Shown: one piece after another, positions 55,796 to 64,000 of the stretch
Layout of the letters: the number at the start of each line of letters is the position of its first letter
Numbering within the stretch: position 1 is the stretch's first letter
IMG/VR virus record: IMGVR_UViG_3300028601_000020
DNA length: 64,000 bases
Origin: a virus
Lineage: Duplodnaviria; Caudoviricetes
Reading direction: 5' to 3' (one strand)
Program-made: the position numbers and the translations under genes
The notes under the pieces: model-generated
The model's input: the letters and a program-made list of their open reading frames with translations, nothing else
What the model was told of the DNA's origin: nothing
The model's database searches: none

Positions 55796-58651
55796 ATGGC
55801 TTTTATTACGATTCCGACGAAAAATTTCAATGCTAGTCTTACAGCAACAGAATTCAACCAAATTCTTTCAGCACTGAAAGATGGAACACTTGATATTAAT
55901 ACTGGTTTGCTTATTTCTTCTGGTATTACTGTCAATGGAGACTTGACAGTAATAGGAAATTCATCATTCGGTGGTCAGTCTGGTCCTTTTGCACGTTTTT
56001 ATGAACACGACCATATAATTTATGTAGCCAAAGATGGCGGTGAATATGACGGTGATGTATACGATGGAAAATCACCGGGAAGGGCACTAGGATCGTTTCA
56101 GAACGCAATTAACAATGCAGTTAATGTCTTGGGTAGTTCTCCTTCAGAAACGTCTAGGATCGTCATTGTGTGCCTTGACGGGGGCACATATTCAGAAAGC
56201 ATTTTCTGTTCTGATTTTGTGGACATTTATGCGCCTAATGCTGTTCTTCAACTTGGCGGCGCAAGTAATTTTTCTGTTACACTTGCCCAGAACAATTTTG
56301 TCTTTAGAAAAGTATTTCGTGAAACTGGTTCAGGGCCGATGATTGTCAATAATGCGACAACTGGTTTGAACCGAATTGAAATTTACACTCTTAGTGATAA
56401 TTCTTCAGGAACTATTATTGAGAATCGTTCAAACAATATTTTTTATGTCAACTCCGAACGAATCTTTGTCAGTGGCGGTGGTATTGCGTATGCTGAAACT
56501 ACTGCGACAAATAAACACGTTCATTTTTCTATCAAAACGATTGCTCTTGATTCAAGCAATGCCCGTGGTCTTGTAATGACTCAACCGGGTTCAGCACACG
56601 GTTCGTTTGACGGAATTTATAAAACCTCTTCTGGATATTCAAACACGAAAGGTATTGTTATTTCTGCTGGAAATCTTGACGTTTTCATGAACCAATTAGT
56701 GGCAGACGTTGCTTATGAACAATCCGGAACATCTTCAATTAGTGCATTCGTGACTGAACTTTCTGGCACTGAAACCGCTGCAATTCCTAATAATGTTTCT
56801 TTTGTTTCTCCACAGAATCTCAAAGCAGACATTTCAGAAATTTTCACGAAAGAAGATTCTCTTGGCAACCCAATTTCTTCTGGTTATCTTCTTACGTCAA
56901 CGTCTTCTGGAACACGTTCATGGATTCCGATTCCGGGAAACATGCTGAAGTCAACTTATGATCCAACAAACAAAGCCGTTGACGCTTTTAAACATGAAAA
57001 CCACATCGGTGATTATATTGATTTCTCAAACACTGCACCGGTTCCTAGTCAAGAAAAACGAATTTCTTGGAATGAAAATGACAACACAATTAATATTCAT
57101 ACTGGTCTTGATGGAACCATTATTCAAGTAGGGCAAGAACATGTTGTTAAAGTTTACAACCCTAATGTTTATCCTTTGTTAAATGGAAAAGCTGTCAAGA
57201 GTCTTGGCACCGCAACAAACGGATTTCCTAATGTTGATTTAGTTATTGCCAATTCTTTTGAAGAAATTTCAAAACCAATGGGAGTTATTACAGGAACAAT
57301 CAATCCCGGAGAATATGGTTTTGTCACAACAAACGGAAAAGTAAGAAATATTGATACATCTTCTTTGTCTGCTGGGCCAGTTTATCTTTCTGCAACGAAT
57401 GCAGGAGAAATAACAAACGAACGTCCTTCTATTCCTAATTATGCAATTTTCATTGGAACGGTTTATACTGTTGATGCAGTAAACGGAGAAATTTTTGTTA
57501 ATATTCGTGGATCTCAATATGACACAATTCTGAATTATTGGAATGGTTCAATTCGTGAAGAATTTATTTTTATTGCTTCAAGCAATGGAACAACAATTAC
57601 AGGATCGCTTGAAAAAGAAAGTGGTGGAGACTTAACGGCGATTTTCTCTTCTGGTATGTATAGACTTGATTGCACTCCGGCACAAACCATTACACTAACT
57701 CCAGGGACAAACACTGTTCCTGTGAAAAATTATGTTTATATTCCTTATTCAACAAAAAATCTTACGGTTTCAACTGTAAGTTGGCCCTCTGAAGAACACA
57801 TTAAAATTGCAGATTTGGTTTTACAAACTGCTTCAACAGTTCAATCACAAGGCCCATTGCAATTAAGAAACTGGAATGATTCTCTTCAAAATGAAACAAA
57901 CATGGGAGAAAATTCCCATATTGGTGAATGGATACGTTCAAAACATGCTGCATGGGAATCTGGGTGTTTTGGTACAATGACAGTTGCTTCTCCGACTCAA
58001 GTTTATTTTTCTAATACTTCTGGATATGTTTATCAGAAACATTTACATTCGTTCTCTGCTTTTGATACAGCGACCGGAGATTTGATTAATGTTTTCAACC
58101 ATCCAACAAATCCATATGTTGGGATCACGAACATTGCAACACTAACAACAGACGCAACAAATACAGCAATACCAAACGGCAATTTTTTCAATATAGTTGT
58201 TTGGGGAATAAACAACAAAAACGGTTCGCCTGATAAAATTCTTCTGAATCTTCCTAATGGAACATACGGAACACTTGCAAATGCAATTGCTGATTCAAGT
58301 AGTTTTGACGTTTACTCTATTCCGCAAGCATACAGAGGTTGTGCATTTCTAATTGGAAGATACACTTTCCAAAGATCCACAACACCATCTGTTGCATGGA
58401 CACTTCAGAACTCTCAAGATTTGCGTGGAATTACTCCTTCAGCAGGAGGCGGAATTAGTGTTTCTGGTGTGTCTGAATTTACTGCATTAAGCGATGTTCC
58501 TAATTCTTATCTTGGTAAAGAATATGATGTTGTCAGAGTTAACGGAACTGCTAACGGATTAGAATTCGTTAATGGTGTTTCAGGGACATTCACAAGCGCA
58601 GACGGAAAAACTATAACTGTCACTTACGGTGTGATTACGGGAATCTCTTAA
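55796..58651 (+). CDS. Large structural / fibre protein with a beta-helix-like N-terminal part
   Basis: IYVAKDG....DG.S...AL.S.Q.AI; QVGQE..V.V.N...NGKAV...G.VTT.G.VR.IDTS; L.DVP.SY.G; GTFTSADGKTITVT.GVIT.I. Confidence 0.62.
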   Translation: MAFITIPTKNFNASLTATEFNQILSALKDGTLDINTGLLISSGITVNGDLTVIGNSSFGGQSGPFARFYEHDHIIYVAKDGGEYDGDVYDGKSPGRALGSFQNAINNAVNVLGSSPSETSRIVIVCLDGGTYSESIFCSDFVDIYAPNAVLQLGGASNFSVTLAQNNFVFRKVFRETGSGPMIVNNATTGLNRIEIYTLSDNSSGTIIENRSNNIFYVNSERIFVSGGGIAYAETTATNKHVHFSIKTIALDSSNARGLVMTQPGSAHGSFDGIYKTSSGYSNTKGIVISAGNLDVFMNQLVADVAYEQSGTSSISAFVTELSGTETAAIPNNVSFVSPQNLKADISEIFTKEDSLGNPISSGYLLTSTSSGTRSWIPIPGNMLKSTYDPTNKAVDAFKHENHIGDYIDFSNTAPVPSQEKRISWNENDNTINIHTGLDGTIIQVGQEHVVKVYNPNVYPLLNGKAVKSLGTATNGFPNVDLVIANSFEEISKPMGVITGTINPGEYGFVTTNGKVRNIDTSSLSAGPVYLSATNAGEITNERPSIPNYAIFIGTVYTVDAVNGEIFVNIRGSQYDTILNYWNGSIREEFIFIASSNGTTITGSLEKESGGDLTAIFSSGMYRLDCTPAQTITLTPGTNTVPVKNYVYIPYSTKNLTVSTVSWPSEEHIKIADLVLQTASTVQSQGPLQLRNWNDSLQNETNMGENSHIGEWIRSKHAAWESGCFGTMTVASPTQVYFSNTSGYVYQKHLHSFSAFDTATGDLINVFNHPTNPYVGITNIATLTTDATNTAIPNGNFFNIVVWGINNKNGSPDKILLNLPNGTYGTLANAIADSSSFDVYSIPQAYRGCAFLIGRYTFQRSTTPSVAWTLQNSQDLRGITPSAGGGISVSGVSEFTALSDVPNSYLGKEYDVVRVNGTANGLEFVNGVSGTFTSADGKTITVTYGVITGIS

Positions 58652-58661
58652 ATTTATGAAG

Positions 58662-58669
58662 TATAAATA
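58662..58669 (+). promoter_or_regulatory. T4-type late promoter
   Basis: Exact TATAAATA followed by AAAGAAA, the same context as 30689. Confidence 0.8.
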
Positions 58670-58709
58670 AAAGAAAGGTTCAAAAATAATGTTGAAAAAG
58701 GAGAAAGGA

Positions 58710-59351
58710 ATGAAAACATTTAAAGGATTAGTATTGCCGGTTGTATCATCATTTTTACTGGTTGGGTGTGCTGGTGACTACAAAGATTATTCAACTTCAA
58801 TTGAACGATCAAATACTGTTAATTCGGCATTAGGTGCGTCATATTTTGAAAATCAAAGCAAGATCATGAAAGAAGTTGCAAATAATCTTAAAGGCAACGA
58901 AACAGCACTTGTTTTGTTCGCAATAATGAGCCAACAAAATAACAATGAAATTGCAAAAACATTTAAAGCAGAACGTCCAGTTAAACCGACAACAGGAAAC
59001 GATGTTCTTAATACTGTTGTTGGAACAACAGTTCCGACTCTTATTCAATGGGGTGCAGGTGCATTTCTTGGAAACGAAATTGTTAAGGGCCTATCAAAAG
59101 CAGGGAAAGTTACTGTTAAAGGTGACGGAAATAACATGAATTATAAATCAGGAAATGCTTATCAGGACGGTAATGCAAAACTTGATGCTTCAAGACCTGA
59201 TAATTCTGGACAGACACACAATGAATATCTTGCTCCTGAAGAACCAGAAATTCCTGAAGGTGAGGTTCCTGAAGGTGAGTTTGTTCCAACTGAACCGCCG
59301 GCAGAATTTGATGATTTACCAATAGACATTCCAGAAATTCCAGCAGAATAA
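58710..59351 (+). CDS. Putative lipoprotein
   Basis: Lipobox LVGC after the signal sequence; Pro/Glu-rich C-tail. Confidence 0.7.
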   Translation: MKTFKGLVLPVVSSFLLVGCAGDYKDYSTSIERSNTVNSALGASYFENQSKIMKEVANNLKGNETALVLFAIMSQQNNNEIAKTFKAERPVKPTTGNDVLNTVVGTTVPTLIQWGAGAFLGNEIVKGLSKAGKVTVKGDGNNMNYKSGNAYQDGNAKLDASRPDNSGQTHNEYLAPEEPEIPEGEVPEGEFVPTEPPAEFDDLPIDIPEIPAE

Positions 59352-59363
59352 ACGGACAGTAAC

Positions 59364-59906
59364 ATGAAAAAACTTTTTTTACCAATATTCTTATCACTCT
59401 TTTTGGTTTTTTCTTCAGGATGCTCTCAAAAACATGTTGATTATTCTATTGATATGGCAATGATCAATGCTGATTATAATCTTTTAGTTGAAAGATATGA
59501 TGTTTTGCGAGCATTCGTGATTTCTAAATGGGAGATTTTTTCTGAAGCAGACAAGATGAAACTTTCTACCATTAATGATAATGTTGAACGAATCATTAAT
59601 AAAATAGATGTTTTAAGGTCTTCAAGGGCTTATGAACTTTCTCCAGCAGATATTGGATACATGTATACTCTTGGAAAACAATCTTATATTATGTCCAAAG
59701 AAATTTATATGAATTATGAACCACAATTGTCTCAATATGAAATTTTATCAATTAAAATGTTTGATGATAGAGTGAAGGATCTTGATAAACAAATGAACGA
59801 TCTTATGTATGACCCACAAAACGCAGATATCAATTATACCTTGGTAAGTATTTTGACTGTTGTATCTGTTGGTCTCAAATTAATTCTACCATTATTGGTG
59901 CCGTAA
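59364..59906 (+). CDS. Putative lipoprotein with a C-terminal hydrophobic helix
   Basis: MKK-hydrophobic-SSGC; helical middle; C-terminal TM-like LVSILTVVSVGLKLILPLLV. Confidence 0.7.
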   Translation: MKKLFLPIFLSLFLVFSSGCSQKHVDYSIDMAMINADYNLLVERYDVLRAFVISKWEIFSEADKMKLSTINDNVERIINKIDVLRSSRAYELSPADIGYMYTLGKQSYIMSKEIYMNYEPQLSQYEILSIKMFDDRVKDLDKQMNDLMYDPQNADINYTLVSILTVVSVGLKLILPLLVP

Positions 59907-59907
59907 T

Positions 59908-60210
59908 ATGAAAAAGGGGAGAAAAACCAGCGAATTTGTTGTAACTATTGTTACAGGTGTTTTATCTGCCGGTATTGGTCTTGGTCTTATTGATCCAAAT
60001 ATTCTTGATATTTCTGCAAAAGTTATTTCAGACGCAAGGGAGGCTTCAACAGGAATGGATGGTTCAAGTCTTCAAGCGATTCTTGATACCATCTATAAGA
60101 TGTTTGCTTTGGGTGTCGGTGGATATACTGTTGGGGCTTATTCAAAGTCAAGAGGGGTTGCCAAAAGCAACACAAACATAAAAGAGGATTCTGATGAGGA
60201 AGACGGGTAA
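59908..60210 (+). CDS. Holin-like small membrane protein
   Basis: G.KTSEF N-terminal motif, two hydrophobic segments, Y..SRG.AK. Confidence 0.55.
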   Translation: MKKGRKTSEFVVTIVTGVLSAGIGLGLIDPNILDISAKVISDAREASTGMDGSSLQAILDTIYKMFALGVGGYTVGAYSKSRGVAKSNTNIKEDSDEEDG

Positions 60211-60565
60211 AGTTGCTTTATTTGCATTTTTTTCGTATATATTCATATTCACAACTGTTGCACTAAGCGCAAATTTTTCTGCAAAATGGGATTTTCCTAA
60301 AGATTATGAAGGTGTTATTCATGGGTATAAAATTTATCACAATGGAAAAAATATAGCAACGATTGCTGATCCTTCAAAAAGAACCAGTAAATTTGAAGCA
60401 GAACTTGATGAACACACAAAAAATGAATTTTATATGCGGACATACAAGACACACGGAGAAATAAAAGGGGAAAAGTTCACTGAATTTTCAGCACCAAGTG
60501 AAATCAAAGAATTAGAACAATTACCACCAGTTACTAACTTTTATTTCTACAGGCTAAACGAATAA
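60194..60565 (+). CDS. Secreted Fn3-like protein
   Basis: Signal peptide (ALSA); WD......GYKIY.NG pattern; similar to 2810..3163. Confidence 0.55.
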   Translation: MRKTGKVALFAFFSYIFIFTTVALSANFSAKWDFPKDYEGVIHGYKIYHNGKNIATIADPSKRTSKFEAELDEHTKNEFYMRTYKTHGEIKGEKFTEFSAPSEIKELEQLPPVTNFYFYRLNE

Positions 60566-61117
60566 ATGGAAAAACCATCAAAAGATTATGCAGACATAGA
60601 CATATCTCCGATTCCTTTTTTGATAAAGGAACGGGGAATTTTTGGTTTCTTTAAATGGAGAATTTCACAGAGACATTGGGTTCTTAATGAAGACTTTATT
60701 TTCTGGTGCGAAACTTCAAAATTGTGGATAAAAATTCCTAAAGGATTTGTTTCTGATGCTGCTTCTATTCCAAAAATTCTCCATTTCGTTATAAACCCTA
60801 TTGACGCAATTCTTTTTGGCTCTCTTGTTCACGACTTCATTTATAGATTTGATGCATTAATTGTCTGTGATGATGAAAATTTTGGTGATTGGACAATTGT
60901 TGAAAACATTTCAAGAAAATATGCAGACAAACTACTGAGAGAAATTTCAATGCAGTATGACAAAATTCCATGGGCGGCCGAGATTTGTTATTGGACAATC
61001 ATCCCATTCGGATATTTTGCTTGGGAACGTGCAAGAGGCAGAAATTATAAATTAACCTCAGTGAATCCTGATCCTCATGATGTTTATTTAAACAAAGGAA
61101 TATCGGTTAGGATATGA
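60566..61117 (+). CDS. DUF1353-family protein
   Basis: W.L.EDF...IPKGFVSD.ASIP.......P......SLVHDFIYR...R..AD.L.RE. Confidence 0.82.
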   Translation: MEKPSKDYADIDISPIPFLIKERGIFGFFKWRISQRHWVLNEDFIFWCETSKLWIKIPKGFVSDAASIPKILHFVINPIDAILFGSLVHDFIYRFDALIVCDDENFGDWTIVENISRKYADKLLREISMQYDKIPWAAEICYWTIIPFGYFAWERARGRNYKLTSVNPDPHDVYLNKGISVRI

Positions 61118-61875
61118 GTATACCAACAACAAAAACAGAATTTGCAGAATATTGTTTACGAAAACTTGGAAAACCAGTCATTGAAATAAACGTTGACGCA
61201 ACACAAATTGATGATAGAATAGACGAGGCAGTTCAACTTTTTCAAATGTTTCATATGGACGCTGTTGAACGGGTTTTTCTTGGACATGTTGTGACAGAAG
61301 ATGATGTTGCAAACGGATACTTGACTCTTGACGCTCCTGTTATCTCTGTTACAAAAATTGTATTTTCTGGTTCTGGGTTTGGCTCTGCTAACTTTGCAAC
61401 AAACATATGGCAATTTCAGTATGATGCGTTTTATGAAATGGGGTTCACTTCAACTGGTGGAGCTTCAACCTCAATGTCTGATTATATTATGAGAATGAGC
61501 CATCTTAAAATGGTTGAAGGAATTATTGCAAGTTATCCGACAATTCATCATTCAATGCACGGGAACAAGATTTATATTGACGATGATTGGTCAAAACTTC
61601 CTGTTGGAGCTTCGGTAGTTTATGAAGCGTATATTGCTCTTGATCCATCTGTATACACGTCAATATGGAGTGATATATGGCTTTCGTCATACACAGTCGC
61701 ATTAATAGGACGACAATGGGGCGAAAATTTAAGCAAATTCCAAGAAGTTCAATTGCCCGGAGGAATTACGTTAAACGGCGATGCCATTTATGAAAAGTTT
61801 GATGCAAGACTGAAAGACCTTATGGAAGATTTAGACACAAGATGGTCATATCCTCCTGACTTTTTTGTAGGATGA
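61114..61875 (+). CDS. gp13: Neck protein gp13
   Basis: YCLRKLGKPVIEINVD..QIDDRIDEA.Q.F...H.D, QWGENLSKF..VQLPGGITLNG, PPDFFVG. Confidence 0.93.
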   Translation: MSIPTTKTEFAEYCLRKLGKPVIEINVDATQIDDRIDEAVQLFQMFHMDAVERVFLGHVVTEDDVANGYLTLDAPVISVTKIVFSGSGFGSANFATNIWQFQYDAFYEMGFTSTGGASTSMSDYIMRMSHLKMVEGIIASYPTIHHSMHGNKIYIDDDWSKLPVGASVVYEAYIALDPSVYTSIWSDIWLSSYTVALIGRQWGENLSKFQEVQLPGGITLNGDAIYEKFDARLKDLMEDLDTRWSYPPDFFVG

Positions 61876-61879
61876 AAAT

Positions 61880-62500
61880 ATGACAATATCACCACATTTC
61901 TTTCATATTTCATCTTCCGCTGAACAGAAATTGATGCAAGACCTCACAAGAGAAACAATCCAGTTAAAAGGTCTTGATCTGAAATACATTCCAAGGGATT
62001 CAAGCGATGCTGATTTTCTTTTTGGTGAAGACGTTCAAAGCACTTTTTCGTCGGCAGTTGTTCTTGAAATGTATTGTGAAGAACAAACAGGATTCGGCGG
62101 AGAAGGCGATTTCTTGTCTAACTTCGGGCTTGATATCAGAGATGAAGCAAAATTCATAATTGACAAAGTAAGGTTCACAGAAGAGGTAACAGACGTTTAT
62201 CCAGCAATAAAGCGACCAAGAGAAGGCGACTTAATTTTTTATGATCTTGCAAATTCTCTCTTTGAAATCACTTTCGTTGAAAACGAACGTCCTTTTTATC
62301 AAAGAGGTATTCAAACTGTTTGGGATTGCAGCGCAAAGAAAGTTGAGTACAACCACGATATCCTTTCTTCTGGTGATATAAAAGTTGACGCTCTTGAGGA
62401 TAAAGTTGATACACTTGATGATGGAAACGATATCCAGACTGAAGGAGACGAATTCATTGATTTTTCTGAAGCCGATCCTTTTAGCGATAATGATTACTAA
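61880..62500 (+). CDS. gp14: Neck protein gp14
   Basis: EQ.L..DL..E.I...G.D..YIPR, LFGED..S.F, GFGG.GD..S.FGL.IRDE, RPREGDLI, FEI.FVE.E.PFYQ.G, DFSE.DPF. Confidence 0.93.
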   Translation: MTISPHFFHISSSAEQKLMQDLTRETIQLKGLDLKYIPRDSSDADFLFGEDVQSTFSSAVVLEMYCEEQTGFGGEGDFLSNFGLDIRDEAKFIIDKVRFTEEVTDVYPAIKRPREGDLIFYDLANSLFEITFVENERPFYQRGIQTVWDCSAKKVEYNHDILSSGDIKVDALEDKVDTLDDGNDIQTEGDEFIDFSEADPFSDNDY

Positions 62501-62512
62501 TAAGGAAATAAG

Positions 62513-63301
62513 ATGGCACTAACTTCTTTTTATTACAACAAATCCCTCAGAAGAATCGTCGTTCTTTTTGGCACTCTTTTTAATGGATACACAATCCAAA
62601 AAACAAGCGGAGCGTTCATTGAAGTTCCGTTGTCTTATTCTTCAAAGAAAAAGTGGTACGTTCAACTTAAACAGAATTTAGACAAGACTAATCTTGAAGC
62701 AATCATTTTTCCAAGAATGGGGTTCCTGCTTACCAGTATTGGAATTGATTATGAAAGAAAAACGTCAAGTCTAAATTATTTTGCGTCAAAACACGTTGAT
62801 CCTAATCAGTTAAATAAAATTCATGTTCCAACGCCAGTCACGTTGACCTTTTCTCTTTTCATTGCGTCAAAAACAATGGATGAAGGACTTCAACTCATTG
62901 AACAAATTGTTCCTTATTTTGATCCAACTTTCGTAGTTGAGATTGATGAATTAGATTCTTTTGAAACTCCAAGAGATATTCCGGTAACTTTAAATTCCGT
63001 TTCTTTTGATAATGATTTTGTAGGAGCCTTTGACGGAAACGATTTATACACATGGGACTTGCAATTTACAGTGGAAACTTATCTTTATAAAAACATTACT
63101 CCTTCAAAGATTATTAAGAAAGTTGTCGTATATACCCATATTGATGCGGCAGACGGAGTAGAAGAAAATTATAAAGAAAAATACACAGCAGAAGTTGATC
63201 CATTCACGGCTGTCATTGACGATGAATGGGCTGTCTTGGAATCTTGGGGATTAGTTGATAAAGACGAAGAAGCATTCCCAGAGCCTGAACCAACCCCATA
63301 A
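62513..63301 (+). CDS. gp15: Tail sheath stabilizer / terminator gp15
   Basis: YN.S.R..VV.FGTLFN, VPLSY..K.K, PRMGF....I.YD.ERK, QLIEQIVPYF.P, RDIP.TL, W.L.FT...YLY. Confidence 0.93.
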   Translation: MALTSFYYNKSLRRIVVLFGTLFNGYTIQKTSGAFIEVPLSYSSKKKWYVQLKQNLDKTNLEAIIFPRMGFLLTSIGIDYERKTSSLNYFASKHVDPNQLNKIHVPTPVTLTFSLFIASKTMDEGLQLIEQIVPYFDPTFVVEIDELDSFETPRDIPVTLNSVSFDNDFVGAFDGNDLYTWDLQFTVETYLYKNITPSKIIKKVVVYTHIDAADGVEENYKEKYTAEVDPFTAVIDDEWAVLESWGLVDKDEEAFPEPEPTP

Positions 63302-63304
63302 AAT

Positions 63305-63343
63305 AAAAACGACAGCGGAGCATTGTCTTCCGCTGTCGTTTTT
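63305..63343. terminator. Bidirectional rho-independent terminator
   Basis: AAAAACGACAGCGGA-gcattgtct-TCCGCTGTCGTTTTT between convergent genes. Confidence 0.88.
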
Positions 63344-63352
63344 CGTTCTTTT

Positions 63353-63658
63353 TTAGAACGAGAGATACAAACCAGTTTCCCTTTCAAAAACCGGCTTCAA
63401 CTGGTCCCAAAACAGACCGTCAATTTCACTGATCTTTTTGAGTTCCATTTTCTTCGGCATGAGCTTGTAAAGAGTCATGGTATAAGTATCAGACGGGTCA
63501 AGAGTGATTCTCACGCAGTTCATTTTCCGCGAACCTTTGAACTGAAACGAAACGCCGTTTTCACTCACCATAAACGTTTTTACTCCTACCATAGCGCGAA
63601 TTTTACCAGCGCCGCCCATCTGTTCAATGATAGTCTTTGCAATCGTCGGATCAGTCAT
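63353..63658 (-). CDS. Conserved phage hypothetical protein
   Basis: IAKTII.QMGG.....M.G.K...N.V.ITL...DTY.M.....D.L...FE..TGLYL motif; GAGG RBS. Confidence 0.75.
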   Translation of the reverse strand: MTDPTIAKTIIEQMGGAGKIRAMVGVKTFMVSENGVSFQFKGSRKMNCVRITLDPSDTYTMTLYKLMPKKMELKKISEIDGLFWDQLKPVFERETGLYLSF

Positions 63659-63691
63659 TTTTGTTACCTCATGATTTTTGTTTGTCTTAAA

Positions 63692-63742
63692 CGCCTCACT
63701 TAACCTTCACTTTCTTTATAACATACTCTGAATTATTCGCAA
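63692..63742 (-). promoter_or_regulatory. Repeated early promoter plus conserved leader, diverged copy 6
   Basis: Minus strand: TTGCGA-N16-TATAAA-GAAAGT-GAAGGTTAAGTGAGGCG, with the same 6-nt gap between the -10 and the leader motif. Confidence 0.6.
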
Positions 63743-63948
63743 AGGTTTTTCGCGCCTTTATGAAAAATTATTTCCTTGGCAACCAATCCAATTGGAACGT
63801 AAAAATAAATTTCATCTTCATCCAAAGATTCAAACTCCCACAGATACTTCGGTTTACGCCCTTTCGGAAAACCAATTTCAACGTGACTGTACGGACCTTG
63901 ATTCCCTCTTGGATGGCAGCAATGAATGATGCTTGCTTGTACGGACAT
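63733..63948 (-). CDS. Hypothetical protein (C-terminal part; may start further right)
   Basis: MSVQAS..H.C.PR...GPYSHVEIGFP...Y.YVP motif seen in phage hypotheticals. Confidence 0.6.
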   Translation of the reverse strand: MSVQASIIHCCHPRGNQGPYSHVEIGFPKGRKPKYLWEFESLDEDEIYFYVPIGLVAKEIIFHKGAKNLCE

Positions 63949-64000
63949 ACTAAATCCGTCATTGCAAACAATACGAGGAGCTAATCCGGCTTTATGAAAA

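Noticed and set aside
63323-63703. Plus-strand ORF 63323..63703
   Set aside because: Antisense to a recognisable conserved minus-strand gene and starts inside a terminator.
1-64000. Stop-codon reassignment (alternative genetic code)
   Set aside because: Core genes translate full-length with the standard code, and TAA, TGA and TAG all end genes.

Overview
This window is a 64-kb segment of a large, AT-rich, T4-like (myovirus) bacteriophage genome. It uses the standard genetic code, and its host is probably an anaerobic Gram-negative bacterium (inference). Positions 1-21 kb are an early/accessory region: an intein-containing class II ribonucleotide reductase (5'-truncated), CCA-adding enzyme, RlmN-like radical SAM protein, SprT protease, endonuclease VII, RNase H, a putative ADP-ribosyltransferase, many small Zn-ribbon proteins, two antisense homing endonucleases (one frameshifted GIY-YIG, one HNH lying between the two ends of a tRNA-like remnant), and a family of repeated sigma70-type early promoters with a conserved leader. 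Positions 21-25 kb hold a holin / membrane-PAS protein / SleB-type hydrolase cassette, followed by gp33, gp59 and gp32. Positions 25-63 kb are the tail, baseplate and neck module: tape-measure-like protein, gp51/gp26, gp54, gp2, gp4, gp48, gp53, hub, gp5, gp25, gp6, gp7, fibre plus chaperone, gp8, DUF4815, further fibres, a lipoprotein/membrane cassette, gp13, gp14 and gp15, with TATAAATA late promoters. The best candidates for new biology are (i) a stand-alone membrane PAS sensor inside the putative lysis cassette, (ii) a likely programmed -1 frameshift fusing gp26 to gp51 just upstream of the tape-measure gene (lambda G/GT-like layout), (iii) an HNH endonuclease replacing the middle of a tRNA gene, and (iv) an RlmN-like enzyme lacking the resolving cysteine. 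All family assignments come from motif recognition by eye; no database searches were run.
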